Positions 39,148 to 47,989 of a stretch of DNA of 64,000 nt are shown piece after piece. The position numbers and the translations under genes were made by a program. A model generated the notes under the pieces. It was not told where the DNA came from. It worked only from the letters and a program-made list of their open reading frames with translations, and did not search any database. Origin of the DNA: Planctomycetota bacterium (GTDB lineage: Bacteria; Planctomycetota; SZUA-567; H5-PLA8); NCBI GenBank assembly GCA_038227875.1, contig JBBRPR010000035.1, positions 1-64,000 on the forward strand, written 5' to 3'. Within the stretch, counting starts at the first letter, position 1; the number at the start of each line of letters is the position of its first letter.

Positions 39148-39291
39148 TTTTTAGCGTCCATGCACCGTTATATTTGGTATTAATTAGCCTCTGGTGACAA
39201 CATCTACTTCAATCGGTGAAAACAATACACCGTGTCAGAGCGCCTGTCATCACGAATCCGGAAGGATTTTTCGATTGCGAGCGGGGAGGGT

Positions 39292-39337
39292 ATAAAAAGC
39301 GTGGAACCCTGCCGCCAATTGGCGGCAGGGTTCCACG
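39292..39337 (-). terminator. Perfect 38-bp palindrome plus T-tract; likely hsp20 terminator (REP-like)
   Basis: CGTGGAACCCTGCCGCCAA|TTGGCGGCAGGGTTCCACG at 39300-39337, followed on the minus strand by CTTTTTA. Confidence 0.7.
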
Positions 39338-39399
39338 GACGACCTTAAGATTGTCAGGCGCACGGAGCGCCTGTGCGACACTGGTTTCCAGCCAGTGTT

Positions 39400-39888
39400 T
39401 TACGCGGACTTGACGGCGATCTTCCGCGAGCTGTTCTTCGCTTCGAAGGTCTTGGGAAGTTTCACCGTCAGGACACCGTTCTTGAAATTCGCGTCCACCT
39501 TTTCCATCTCCACCTCCCGCGGGAGCGTGAAGGAGCGTTGGAAGCTGCCGTAGCTGCATTCGTAACGGTGGAAGTCCTTTTCCTTGGCTTCCTTCTCCTC
39601 CTTCTTCTCGCCGCGAATGGTCAACACGCCGTCGTCCAGCGTCACGTCAACGTCCTTCTGATCGACGCCGGGCAGTTCGGCCGTGACCTGAATCTCCTGG
39701 TCGGTCTCCGCGATATTTACTTTCGGGGACCAATTCTCGTACTTTCCGGCATTGGCCGGCGCGAGATTAAAGTTGCGATTGAACTGTTCGAACATCCTGT
39801 TCATCTCGCGATGCATGGCGGTGAACGGATCTTCGTTCGCCTCGGGCCGCCGGGCCAACGAGGCCTTTGCTTTCTCCAACAGGCCCAT
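39400..39888 (-). CDS. Hsp20/alpha-crystallin small heat-shock protein
   Basis: PKVNIAET, AELPGV, LTIRGEK, YGSFQRSFTLP, ANFKNGVLTVKLPK. Confidence 0.95.
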   Translation of the reverse strand: MGLLEKAKASLARRPEANEDPFTAMHREMNRMFEQFNRNFNLAPANAGKYENWSPKVNIAETDQEIQVTAELPGVDQKDVDVTLDDGVLTIRGEKKEEKEAKEKDFHRYECSYGSFQRSFTLPREVEMEKVDANFKNGVLTVKLPKTFEAKNSSRKIAVKSA

Positions 39889-39957
39889 GATAGTTTCTCC
39901 TTGCACCCTTAATCCGAATTCCGCCAGAGCCGCTCTCTGGCGTCCGAAAAAAGCAGA

Positions 39958-39973
39958 AGCAGACGGAATGCCA
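39958..39973 (-). promoter_or_regulatory. Putative sigma-54 promoter for hsp20
   Basis: Minus strand TGGCATTCCGTCTGCT with exact GG-N10-GC spacing, 70 bp upstream of the ATG. Confidence 0.55.
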
Positions 39974-40191
39974 TTGAAAATCGACCTGCAGTTCTTGCTG
40001 CAAACCGCTGCCGTCTACTTCATTACGCGAGTCTGCATGGCGTGCAGTCCGCGCTGATTTTTGGCGCGCTTGAGTTTACGATTGCCGCGCGCGAAAAAGT
40101 GTTCCGCGCTACGTTGTGCTTACTTTTTTCGAATCTGAAAAACCGTCACGCATAGGATGTCATTTCTGCAAACCAGTTGCATTCCGACCCG

Positions 40192-41112
40192 TCAATTTGA
40201 CACATTTCGTTTCCGCCATTCCCGCGGAGAGCACTCCTTTCGTTTCTGAAACTGGCGATTGAACGACGAGAGCGTCTGGAAGCCCGTGTCGTAGGCGATC
40301 TGGGTCACCGGGGCCTTGGTTCCGGTGAGCAGACACGCCGCCATCGAGATGCGATAGCCGAGCACGTAGTCCCGCGGACTAACACCCAATTGCGACGCGA
40401 AGACGCGGCGGAAATGGCTGCTGCTCATGAAGCACGCCCGCGCCAGCCGGCTCAGCGCCAGCGGTTTGGCGTAATCACGCGCGATCAGCTTCAACGCGGG
40501 CTCCAGCGTCTGCATGCGCTCGTACGAGCGCGCTCCAGGGGCGGCACTCAACTCGGGCTGCATGTGGGCGTTCGAAAGTTGCGCACGGCGGTGGAGTTCC
40601 ACCAGCACGCGGATCACGTGGGCGTGAATCGCGTCGCGAAAGTGCGGGCGTCGCGCGCGGAATTCATGGATCAGTTCCTTCACGGACGCGCAGAGTTCCG
40701 GCGACGCTTCCGGACGAAAGCGGTTGTCGAAGCGCGCCCCGCAGCAGCTGCTCAAGTCCAGCAGCGCCGGATCGGCCGCCGCGCCGAGCAGCCGGACGGG
40801 GTCGACGAACAGGAACGTCCAGTCGCTGGGCGTGCCGCACGGCGGGTACGCGAAGTGAGCCTCGAGACTGCTGATCACGTAAATGTCGCCGCCGCGAAAC
40901 GGGTAGACCTTGTCTTCAACCATGAAAACACCGTCGCCGGAATGGCAGACGCCGATCTCGAGGACATCATGGACATGAAACGGTCCGCGATCGCGCCGCT
41001 TGTGGGTGTAGTCGACGACATGAAAAGGAAAGGCCGGGTCCAGCTTCCAGGGCTCAAAGGTGACCTGCCGCTGACTTGAGCGTTTCTGCATAGTTTTGGA
41101 GCGCGTCTGCAT
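40192..41112 (-). CDS. AraC-family regulator with cupin domain
   Basis: FHVHDVLEI; LARACFMSSSHFRRVF; IAYDTGFQTLSSFNRQF. Confidence 0.92.
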   Translation of the reverse strand: MQTRSKTMQKRSSQRQVTFEPWKLDPAFPFHVVDYTHKRRDRGPFHVHDVLEIGVCHSGDGVFMVEDKVYPFRGGDIYVISSLEAHFAYPPCGTPSDWTFLFVDPVRLLGAAADPALLDLSSCCGARFDNRFRPEASPELCASVKELIHEFRARRPHFRDAIHAHVIRVLVELHRRAQLSNAHMQPELSAAPGARSYERMQTLEPALKLIARDYAKPLALSRLARACFMSSSHFRRVFASQLGVSPRDYVLGYRISMAACLLTGTKAPVTQIAYDTGFQTLSSFNRQFQKRKECSPREWRKRNVSN

Positions 41113-41199
41113 AGCTTCTCCCTTATGACGCCGACTATACTGTGCACGAACGATCGAGGCAATTCTTAACCCATTTTCTCATACGGAGTGAAACTGAAG

Positions 41200-41949
41200 A
41201 TGCCGACGCCCCGTCAAAGTGTGCTCGAAAAAGGTTACGTGGTGCTGGAACGCGTTTACAGCGAGCAGGATTGCCGCGAGATGCGCGCGATTTTCCGCGA
41301 GGTCTGGGAGCGTTCGGGCAAGCCGGGAACCGGCTCAACGTTCGGGTTCGTTATGCACCCGGTCCTGAAGTACGCCCCGGAACTCGCCCGCTTCTACGCG
41401 CGGCAAGACGTCGTGGACGCGCTGACCGATGTCTTTCAAGACGCGCCACGGCTGGCGCATTCCGGCGCGCTGATGAGCGACAGTTCGCGCCACTTCACCG
41501 ACTGGCACTACCACCGTTCCGACATCACCGATGCCAGCGCCTGGAATCCCGCGCGCACCGACCGGCCCGCGGGAATCGAACGCGTGCTGGGCAACATCTA
41601 CGTCGACGGCTCCAACGACGACTTGGGACCGCTGCTGCTCTATCCCCGCCGCATCGACGACGTCCTCGCTCCGCCCCACGCCGCGCGCACCGGCGACTGG
41701 CCGGGACAGACGGTCCTGTATGCCCCGCCGGGTTCGATGGTGATCTTCGAACAGAGCGTCTGGCACGCCGCGCGACCGGCCCGGACGAACGGGCTGCGCC
41801 ATCTCTTCGGCGGACACTATCAGGCCTGGAGCAACTCCACCCCGCACCGCGAAGACAATCACTACGATGGCGAGGATCTGCAGCGCTACAAAACGGAACT
41901 CCCCCTCTTTAAGTCGCTCGTCGAACGCGCCGCCTGCCCGGTGAGCTGA
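41200..41949 (+). CDS. Phytanoyl-CoA dioxygenase (PhyH)-like protein
   Basis: EKGYVVLERV, DWHYH, APPGSMVIF..VWHA; divergent from AraC. Confidence 0.75.
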   Translation: MPTPRQSVLEKGYVVLERVYSEQDCREMRAIFREVWERSGKPGTGSTFGFVMHPVLKYAPELARFYARQDVVDALTDVFQDAPRLAHSGALMSDSSRHFTDWHYHRSDITDASAWNPARTDRPAGIERVLGNIYVDGSNDDLGPLLLYPRRIDDVLAPPHAARTGDWPGQTVLYAPPGSMVIFEQSVWHAARPARTNGLRHLFGGHYQAWSNSTPHREDNHYDGEDLQRYKTELPLFKSLVERAACPVS

Positions 41950-41955
41950 ACGACG

Positions 41956-43062
41956 TTACTCGTCGTCCTGAGGACGTTTTTTCGGCGCGGGCTTGGCGGC
42001 GACGGGGATCGGATTGGCGTCGACCTTCGGCGCGCCGTCGCCGACCGTCACCGTCACTTTCTTCCGCGCCGAGCGGTGTTCGACATCGGTGGCTTCGACG
42101 GTCAGCGCGAACGCCCCGGCTTTAGTGGGCGTGCCGCAGAGGTTGCCGTCGGCCGTTCCGATCAAGCCGGCGGGAAGGTCGGTGAACTTCCAGAGGTACG
42201 GCCCGAGCCCGCTCTTCGCTTTGAACGGGACTTTCAGTTCCTTGTTCAACGCCGCGTCGAAATTGGTCGTCGTGATTTCGACGTTGAATTCCGGCTTCTT
42301 GCCCAGCGGCTGAAGTTGCTCGACCTTGATGCTGTCGGGATTCTTCGGCGCGGTGGCGGCGTAGTACAGGTTGAGCGTTGGTGCGTTCTCCGACTCCTTG
42401 CTGAAGAACCGCGCGTAGGCTTCGCTGCCGTCTTCGAGCGTCAGCAGCATGCCGTAGTTGGGATACTGTTTGTTCTGCCAGCCTTGGACCAGCGGCGTGA
42501 CGTCGATGTCGAGGTGCTGGCTTTTTCCCTGCTCACGCCCCAGCCGCCGCGCGCAGCTCACCACCGGTTCGAAGTCGCCGCCGAGATTGCTCCACGGTTC
42601 GCCCTCCGCCGCCAGACCCCACGACGCTGAGCTCTCCGAAAACGGACGCAGCAACCGCTGGATGCGCAGCGCGGGTTTGACCTTGTTCGGCCAGATCTCG
42701 TCGGCTTCCAGATGGAGCATCGCGGTGGTGCAGGGCGTCTTCGCTTCTTTCTTCAGTTCGAAGTAGATGAGAATGCGATGCGCGTCGCCGGACTTTGCCT
42801 GCAGGTCCATCGTGCCCCGCGCGCCTTCGCCCGGCCATTGAGCCGCCGCGTTGGCGGAGTAGATCGTAACGTCCTGCGTCGGCTTGAGGACGATTGGGTC
42901 GTCAACCGCACCCGCGGCGAGGCAGCTCAGCAGAAGCGCTGTGCAGAAAACGGAATTGTGGTGCAGGCGTCCCGCCTGCAAATACCTTGCATGAAGCCTT
43001 TCCACGCGATCCGTGTTCAAGGAATCTGCAGGCGGGACGCCTGCACCACAATTAATCGCCAT
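41956..43062 (-). CDS. Secreted DNRLRE/CBM96-like plus Ig (He_PIG-like) protein with an in-frame REP-doublet insertion
   Basis: QDVTI, ILIYFEL, DVTPLVQGW...NYGMLL, FFSKES; LPAGL...GTPTKAGAF; GAAAGG before ATG 43062. Confidence 0.8.
   Translation of the reverse strand: MAINCGAGVPPADSLNTDRVERLHARYLQAGRLHHNSVFCTALLLSCLAAGAVDDPIVLKPTQDVTIYSANAAAQWPGEGARGTMDLQAKSGDAHRILIYFELKKEAKTPCTTAMLHLEADEIWPNKVKPALRIQRLLRPFSESSASWGLAAEGEPWSNLGGDFEPVVSCARRLGREQGKSQHLDIDVTPLVQGWQNKQYPNYGMLLTLEDGSEAYARFFSKESENAPTLNLYYAATAPKNPDSIKVEQLQPLGKKPEFNVEITTTNFDAALNKELKVPFKAKSGLGPYLWKFTDLPAGLIGTADGNLCGTPTKAGAFALTVEATDVEHRSARKKVTVTVGDGAPKVDANPIPVAAKPAPKKRPQDDE
42954..43053. repeat. REP doublet (REPIN/MITE-like) with perfect 27-bp inverted arms
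   Basis: AATTGTGGTGCAGGCGTCCCGCCTGCA at 42954-42980 and its reverse complement at 43027-43053; each arm has its own hairpin. Confidence 0.85.
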
Positions 43063-43285
43063 GGCTGGCACCTTTCTAAAAGCAGTTTTGAGTGTTGAGT
43101 TTTAGTTTTGAGTTACTGCTGCGAGAGAACGTAGCGGTGATATTTGAGGGAACAATAGCGGGGTGCGAAGGTGTGCCATCTGCGGGACGAAACGGCCGAA
43201 CGGACAGTCATCGTGTCCGTTCGGCGTTGCATTGGTGGTTTTTAACCCTGGCACAAATTTGTCCTGGGGTCTTATCGTCTAGATA

Positions 43286-45766
43286 TCACTCCTCGATCTG
43301 ATACGTCACGTCTTTGCTACAGACGACGATCTTGCCGCCGAGGGCAAGGACCGAGGCGAGACTCGCATCGCCCTTGATCAGCGCGAAGTACTCGGGGCTG
43401 AAGAGCTTCACGACAGTCATCTTCGCATCACTCTTGGCGATCGAATCGACCCAGACTCCGCCGCGGTTATAGAAGGTGCGGGATCCGACCTGCTTGACTT
43501 GGGCGGCCTGCGCCTGAGCCATTTGCTCGCCGGCCTTTTCATCGCTTTCTTCGACCGAACCTCCGCCCGAGGCAGCTCTCTTTGCATCGGCGCGCATCGC
43601 GGCGCCCATCGAGCGGTTCATTTCCTTCCCGGCCATTTGCTTGGACTTGTCATCAGAGTCCATCTTGAAGCCATTGGTTGAAGGCGTCGAGCTTTCGGCA
43701 TCCTTCAGTCCCTTCTCCACCGTCGCCAGCGCTACGGCGACATCGCCGGTCTGCATGGTCTGCGCACGCTCGCGGATGGCGCCGGCGCCGTCGGCGATTT
43801 TCTTCATCTGTTCACTGTTCCGGGAGAGGGCTTCTTCCGCCTTCATGGGCGCCACAGCCGCCGGTGTATTCGTCGCGCCGAAGGTGTCGTCAGTGCGGGG
43901 ATCGCGCGGCGCCAGGCGCCGGTCAGGAACAGGCTGGCCCTGGCCGGGTTCGACCACCAGCTGGCTGGTATAGGGCGTCACGATGCCGTGGCGCTGAGCC
44001 AGCGCGACGAGCTCACTGACGATCTCGGTGTTGTTGCCGTGCAGGCGCAGGTCTTCCATCAGGTGGCCGATCTTGCGCATCGCCCAGACGCGGGGCAGGT
44101 ACGCGTTGTCGACTTCGCGCGAGGGCCAGTTCACATCGAGGTGGATCTGCTTCTGTTCACCGGCGACATTGCCGCTGAGCGTGATGTGGCCGGGGCCGGA
44201 GCCCTTGAAGCGGCCGACGAGCAGGAATTCGGTGCCGCGGTAGAGCGCGTTGAGCTTGCGCGGGTAGATGCTGCTGGCCTTGCCGCCATCGCCGTAGTCG
44301 ACGGTGACTTCGGTCATGAACGGGTTGCGGATCTTGTTGTAGAAGTCGCTGACCTTCACTTCGATGTCTTCGCGCGGGGCGACATAGGTCGTCGCGCCGT
44401 CGTTGCTGTTGGCGAGGATGTCCATGAAGTGCGTATTGACGTCGTTGCCGACGCCGAAGTTGATGAAGCGGATCTTGTTCTTCTTGTTCGCGTTCTGCAC
44501 CGTCTGCAGGATTGAATCCGGATCGGTGGTACCGACCGTGGGCAGACCGTCGGTCATGAAGACGATCATCTTCGTGGTCGCGCCGCCGTCGGTGAAGTCG
44601 TTGGCGAACGCCGCGCGCAGCGCGCCGTCGATGTTGGTGCCGCCGGTAGCTTCGAGCTGATCAACATTGGTGACGGCCTTCTTGATGTTCTCCTTGGTCG
44701 CGGGCAGCAGGTTGTTGGCGAAGACCGAGACGTCCGTCGAGAAGGAGATGAAGTTAAAGCGGTCCTGTTCCTTCAAGGAGTTGAGGCAAAACTTGATCGC
44801 GTTGCGCGCTTGGTCCATTTTCTCGCCCTGCATCGAGCCGGAGATGTCGAGGACGAAGACGATTTCCTTGGGGATGATCTTGGCGTTCACCAGCTGGCTG
44901 TCAGCGCGACCGACGAGCATGAAGTAACCGTCTTCGCCGTCGCTGCCACGATGAGTCAGCAGCTTCATCGCGACGTCGTTGGTGGCCGGAGCGAAGAGCA
45001 GGCGGAAATCCTGGTCGGAGGTGATGTTCGTCCCCGTGAGCTTGATCGAAGCCGTGTTCTCATCGGGGCGGTCGACCTGGACCTTGTGCGACGGGCTGTA
45101 GACCGGACCGATGGCGCTCTTGGAATGGATCTGCACGTCCAGGTTGAAGTTCTCGACGCCGTGCTGGTAGAGCGCCGAGCCGGCGAGAATGTGGCGGAGA
45201 TCGTAGAGGCCGCCGTCGAGGGTCAGCACCTGCGTGTAGCTGAATTTAAATTTCTTCTCTTCGTTGGGCGCGACGGGGAAGATGCGCGCTTCGTACATGT
45301 TCTCGCCGGCGAAGCGGAGCAGCGACGGGTCCTTGCGGCGGACGACGATCGATTCGTAGATGCTCTGCGCTTCCGTGGCGTTGTGGAGCTGTCCTTCGAT
45401 CATCGTGCCATTCATGGAAAGGGACGAGGCGTTGACGGAGGCGCCGTTGGGCAGCGGGATCATCACGCGCACTTCCAGATTCTGGCCGCTCAAGTTCTGG
45501 AAACTCTGCTCCATTGTGGTCGTCGCGACGTTCTCGTCGATGCGGACGTGGACGGTCGAGGCGACGATGCGGAAGGGCAGGTTCGTCTGCGGCGGTATGA
45601 ACGGGCGGTGGCGGACGTCGTCGATGGGTGGCGGCGGCATCGGAAGCATGACTTCGTTGTTGAGGACCGGCATCAAGACCGCCTGAGCGTTGGCCCGTTC
45701 GGTAACGACGATGGCCATCGTGGTGATCAGGATCAGGAGCAGGAGTTGGAAGCGTCCCATTTTCAT
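43286..45766 (-). CDS. Secreted VIT plus vWA domain protein (inter-alpha-trypsin inhibitor-like)
   Basis: ATTTMEQSFQN, RKDPSLL; MIDAS DISGSM, GGTNI, TDGLPT; GIVTPYTS. Confidence 0.92.
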   Translation of the reverse strand: MKMGRFQLLLLILITTMAIVVTERANAQAVLMPVLNNEVMLPMPPPPIDDVRHRPFIPPQTNLPFRIVASTVHVRIDENVATTTMEQSFQNLSGQNLEVRVMIPLPNGASVNASSLSMNGTMIEGQLHNATEAQSIYESIVVRRKDPSLLRFAGENMYEARIFPVAPNEEKKFKFSYTQVLTLDGGLYDLRHILAGSALYQHGVENFNLDVQIHSKSAIGPVYSPSHKVQVDRPDENTASIKLTGTNITSDQDFRLLFAPATNDVAMKLLTHRGSDGEDGYFMLVGRADSQLVNAKIIPKEIVFVLDISGSMQGEKMDQARNAIKFCLNSLKEQDRFNFISFSTDVSVFANNLLPATKENIKKAVTNVDQLEATGGTNIDGALRAAFANDFTDGGATTKMIVFMTDGLPTVGTTDPDSILQTVQNANKKNKIRFINFGVGNDVNTHFMDILANSNDGATTYVAPREDIEVKVSDFYNKIRNPFMTEVTVDYGDGGKASSIYPRKLNALYRGTEFLLVGRFKGSGPGHITLSGNVAGEQKQIHLDVNWPSREVDNAYLPRVWAMRKIGHLMEDLRLHGNNTEIVSELVALAQRHGIVTPYTSQLVVEPGQGQPVPDRRLAPRDPRTDDTFGATNTPAAVAPMKAEEALSRNSEQMKKIADGAGAIRERAQTMQTGDVAVALATVEKGLKDAESSTPSTNGFKMDSDDKSKQMAGKEMNRSMGAAMRADAKRAASGGGSVEESDEKAGEQMAQAQAAQVKQVGSRTFYNRGGVWVDSIAKSDAKMTVVKLFSPEYFALIKGDASLASVLALGGKIVVCSKDVTYQIEE

Positions 45767-46310
45767 GATGGTGATTCCTTTCAATAAGCGCTGCACGCCA
45801 GTGTTCAGGCTTTGGACTGGCGAGAGGCGTCGGGGTTTCGGGGATTCCGGATATTTCCGAGGAGGTGAGCCGTAAACCTGGGATGGGCTGTCCGGTTAAA
45901 TCGGAAGAACGGCTCCGATTGCACGGTGCAATGTTACGGAATGTTACAAGAGTCGGGGCCTCCTGCATGGATGCCCGGTGTGCGTGGCGGGAACGGGACT
46001 ATGGAAGGACGATTGGACTTGTACCGCGAGTAGCAGCATGTGTATGTCTCTTGGAATTTTGTAGAGGGCTTGTTAGCAGGCGCGAAGTGCCGCTGGCGGT
46101 TTCGGGGGGTGATTCGGGAATCTGTCCGGCAAACTTAGCCCCTGCCCTTTTCAAGGGGGGAGAATGGGCCGAGTGAGCTTCCGTGTTCTCGGGACGTTTC
46201 TTGGCGGAGTCGACTCGCCGACACCCTCGCGGGAACGAAAAAACGCGCCGCTACATGCGACGCGTTTTTTTCGGAATTCGACGTTCGACTTTCGACTTTC
46301 GACTTTCGGT

Positions 46311-46619
46311 TCAGCCGAACAATTGCGAATCGTCGATGGGTGAGAAATTGTCTTTCACGTCCTTGAGCAGGTGCTGAACGTAGGCCATCCACTTGCCTTG
46401 GCGGAAGAGGGTCGGTGTGCCGCCGGCGACGGTTTTTAGCACCGTTTCGCGGCCATTGTTGAATTTCAGCGTGACGGTCAGCACGTCGAGACCCGTGTCG
46501 AAGACGATTGAGATTTTTTCGTCGTCGTAGACGTAGGCACCACTTTTCTTGTCGCCGTTGACTCCGTCGCGGTGTGTACCCAGCAGCGTGGCCACCGTCT
46601 TGGATTCTTCAATCGCCAT
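46311..46619 (-). CDS. Hypothetical protein
   Basis: AAGGAG RBS; 102-aa ORF in an intergenic position. Confidence 0.7.
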   Translation of the reverse strand: MAIEESKTVATLLGTHRDGVNGDKKSGAYVYDDEKISIVFDTGLDVLTVTLKFNNGRETVLKTVAGGTPTLFRQGKWMAYVQHLLKDVKDNFSPIDDSQLFG

Positions 46620-46804
46620 ACCGTCTCCTTGGTCGAAGGCCTGTCTCTGGGGATATAGTGCTTAGACTATGTCAGATTCTTCCTGCAGAAGCAATAGCGC
46701 AGCGGCGCGCAGCGCGCTGACGCGCGAGGGGCCAGGGGCCAGGGGTCAGAGGTGGGCGTGAGTTAGGGGGCTGAGTGTGTGTTGAGCGCGGTCAGAGCTA
46801 GAAC

Positions 46805-46839
46805 GCAGAAGGCAGAAGGCAGAAGGCAGAAGGCAGAAG
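46805..46839. repeat. (GCAGAAG)5 heptamer array
   Basis: Five perfect copies starting 10 bp downstream of a minus-strand stop. Confidence 0.9.
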
Positions 46840-46848
46840 TGCCGTTCT

Positions 46849-47892
46849 TCAGCGCTGGTAGATCGGCAGGTAGCGGTACGGGACGCCCAGCATCAGGCAG
46901 CAGATACCGGTGCTCCAGCAGCCGTAACCGAGCGGAAATTGGCCGCGGTTGGCGCCGGACTTGGCCTGCTTGCTGATGATGTCGCGGGAGACGTCGGGAT
47001 ACCACTTCTTCCAGTATTCCAGGAACTTGCCGCCCTGGCCACCGGCGCGGTACATCGCCACGATGCCGTAGTAGTGGCCGTAGGCGAACCAGGGGCTGCC
47101 GACGTCTTCCTTGCGTTCGCGGGCTTTGACGAGGTAATCGAGCGGGTCTTTGAGCGCGGAGGCTTTGTAATCGCCGCAGAGCAGCAGACTGGCGCAGCCG
47201 GCCGCGGTGGTCGACCACGTGCGGCCGCCGCCGGAGTACGAGAAGCCAGAGAGGCCTTCGCCGTCCTTGGGCGTGCGCAGCGTTTCGATCAGCGTCAGCG
47301 CGCGGTCGATGGTTTCCTTCGGTACGGCGATTCCGGCGTCCTTCGCGGCGCGCAACGCCATCACCTGCATCACGACGACGGACAAATCGTACGAGGGCAT
47401 GCCGGGCTGATAGTGCCAGCCGCCGGCGTTATTCTGGCTGCGGATGATCAGATCGACGGCTTTCTTCAGAGCGGTGGCGATGCGTTTGTCGCGGGTCTGG
47501 CCCCAGGCTTCGGAAAGACAGATCGTGGCCAGGCCGTGGTGGTACATTGAACCGTCTCTGCCTTTGAACAGGAAGCCGGACGCCTGCTGGCAGCTGATGA
47601 TGTATTCGACGGCCTTGGAAACGTTTTTACCGTACTGTCCTTCGCCGGGCAGATTGCCGGCGACCATCCACGCCATGCAGCCGGCGGCGACAATGCCGGT
47701 CGTGTTGCCCATTTCGCCGCCGAAGGAGCCGTCGGCGCGCTGGTTGTTGGCGAGGTACTGCATGCCCTGTTCGATTGCGGCTTTGCCTTCGCGCGAGAGT
47801 TCCACTTCACCGTAGTTGGCGGCTTGAGCGCGGAAGGAAAGAACTACAACAAGGGTGGCACACAACAGTGAGACTGCGAGTTTGCGTAGCAT
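46849..47892 (-). CDS. Secreted prenyltransferase/squalene-oxidase repeat protein
   Basis: YLANNQRADGSF, MYHHGLATICLSEA, SQNNAGGWHY, QVMALRAAKDAG. Confidence 0.88.
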   Translation of the reverse strand: MLRKLAVSLLCATLVVVLSFRAQAANYGEVELSREGKAAIEQGMQYLANNQRADGSFGGEMGNTTGIVAAGCMAWMVAGNLPGEGQYGKNVSKAVEYIISCQQASGFLFKGRDGSMYHHGLATICLSEAWGQTRDKRIATALKKAVDLIIRSQNNAGGWHYQPGMPSYDLSVVVMQVMALRAAKDAGIAVPKETIDRALTLIETLRTPKDGEGLSGFSYSGGGRTWSTTAAGCASLLLCGDYKASALKDPLDYLVKARERKEDVGSPWFAYGHYYGIVAMYRAGGQGGKFLEYWKKWYPDVSRDIISKQAKSGANRGQFPLGYGCWSTGICCLMLGVPYRYLPIYQR

Positions 47893-47989
47893 CGTGAGCG
47901 GTTCCTGGGCATGGCCAACCAGCGGGCGGGTACGCCCGCGCTTTTTTCAGGTCTGCAGCGCGCCGCTCCTGTGAGCGGCGCGGTGATGT

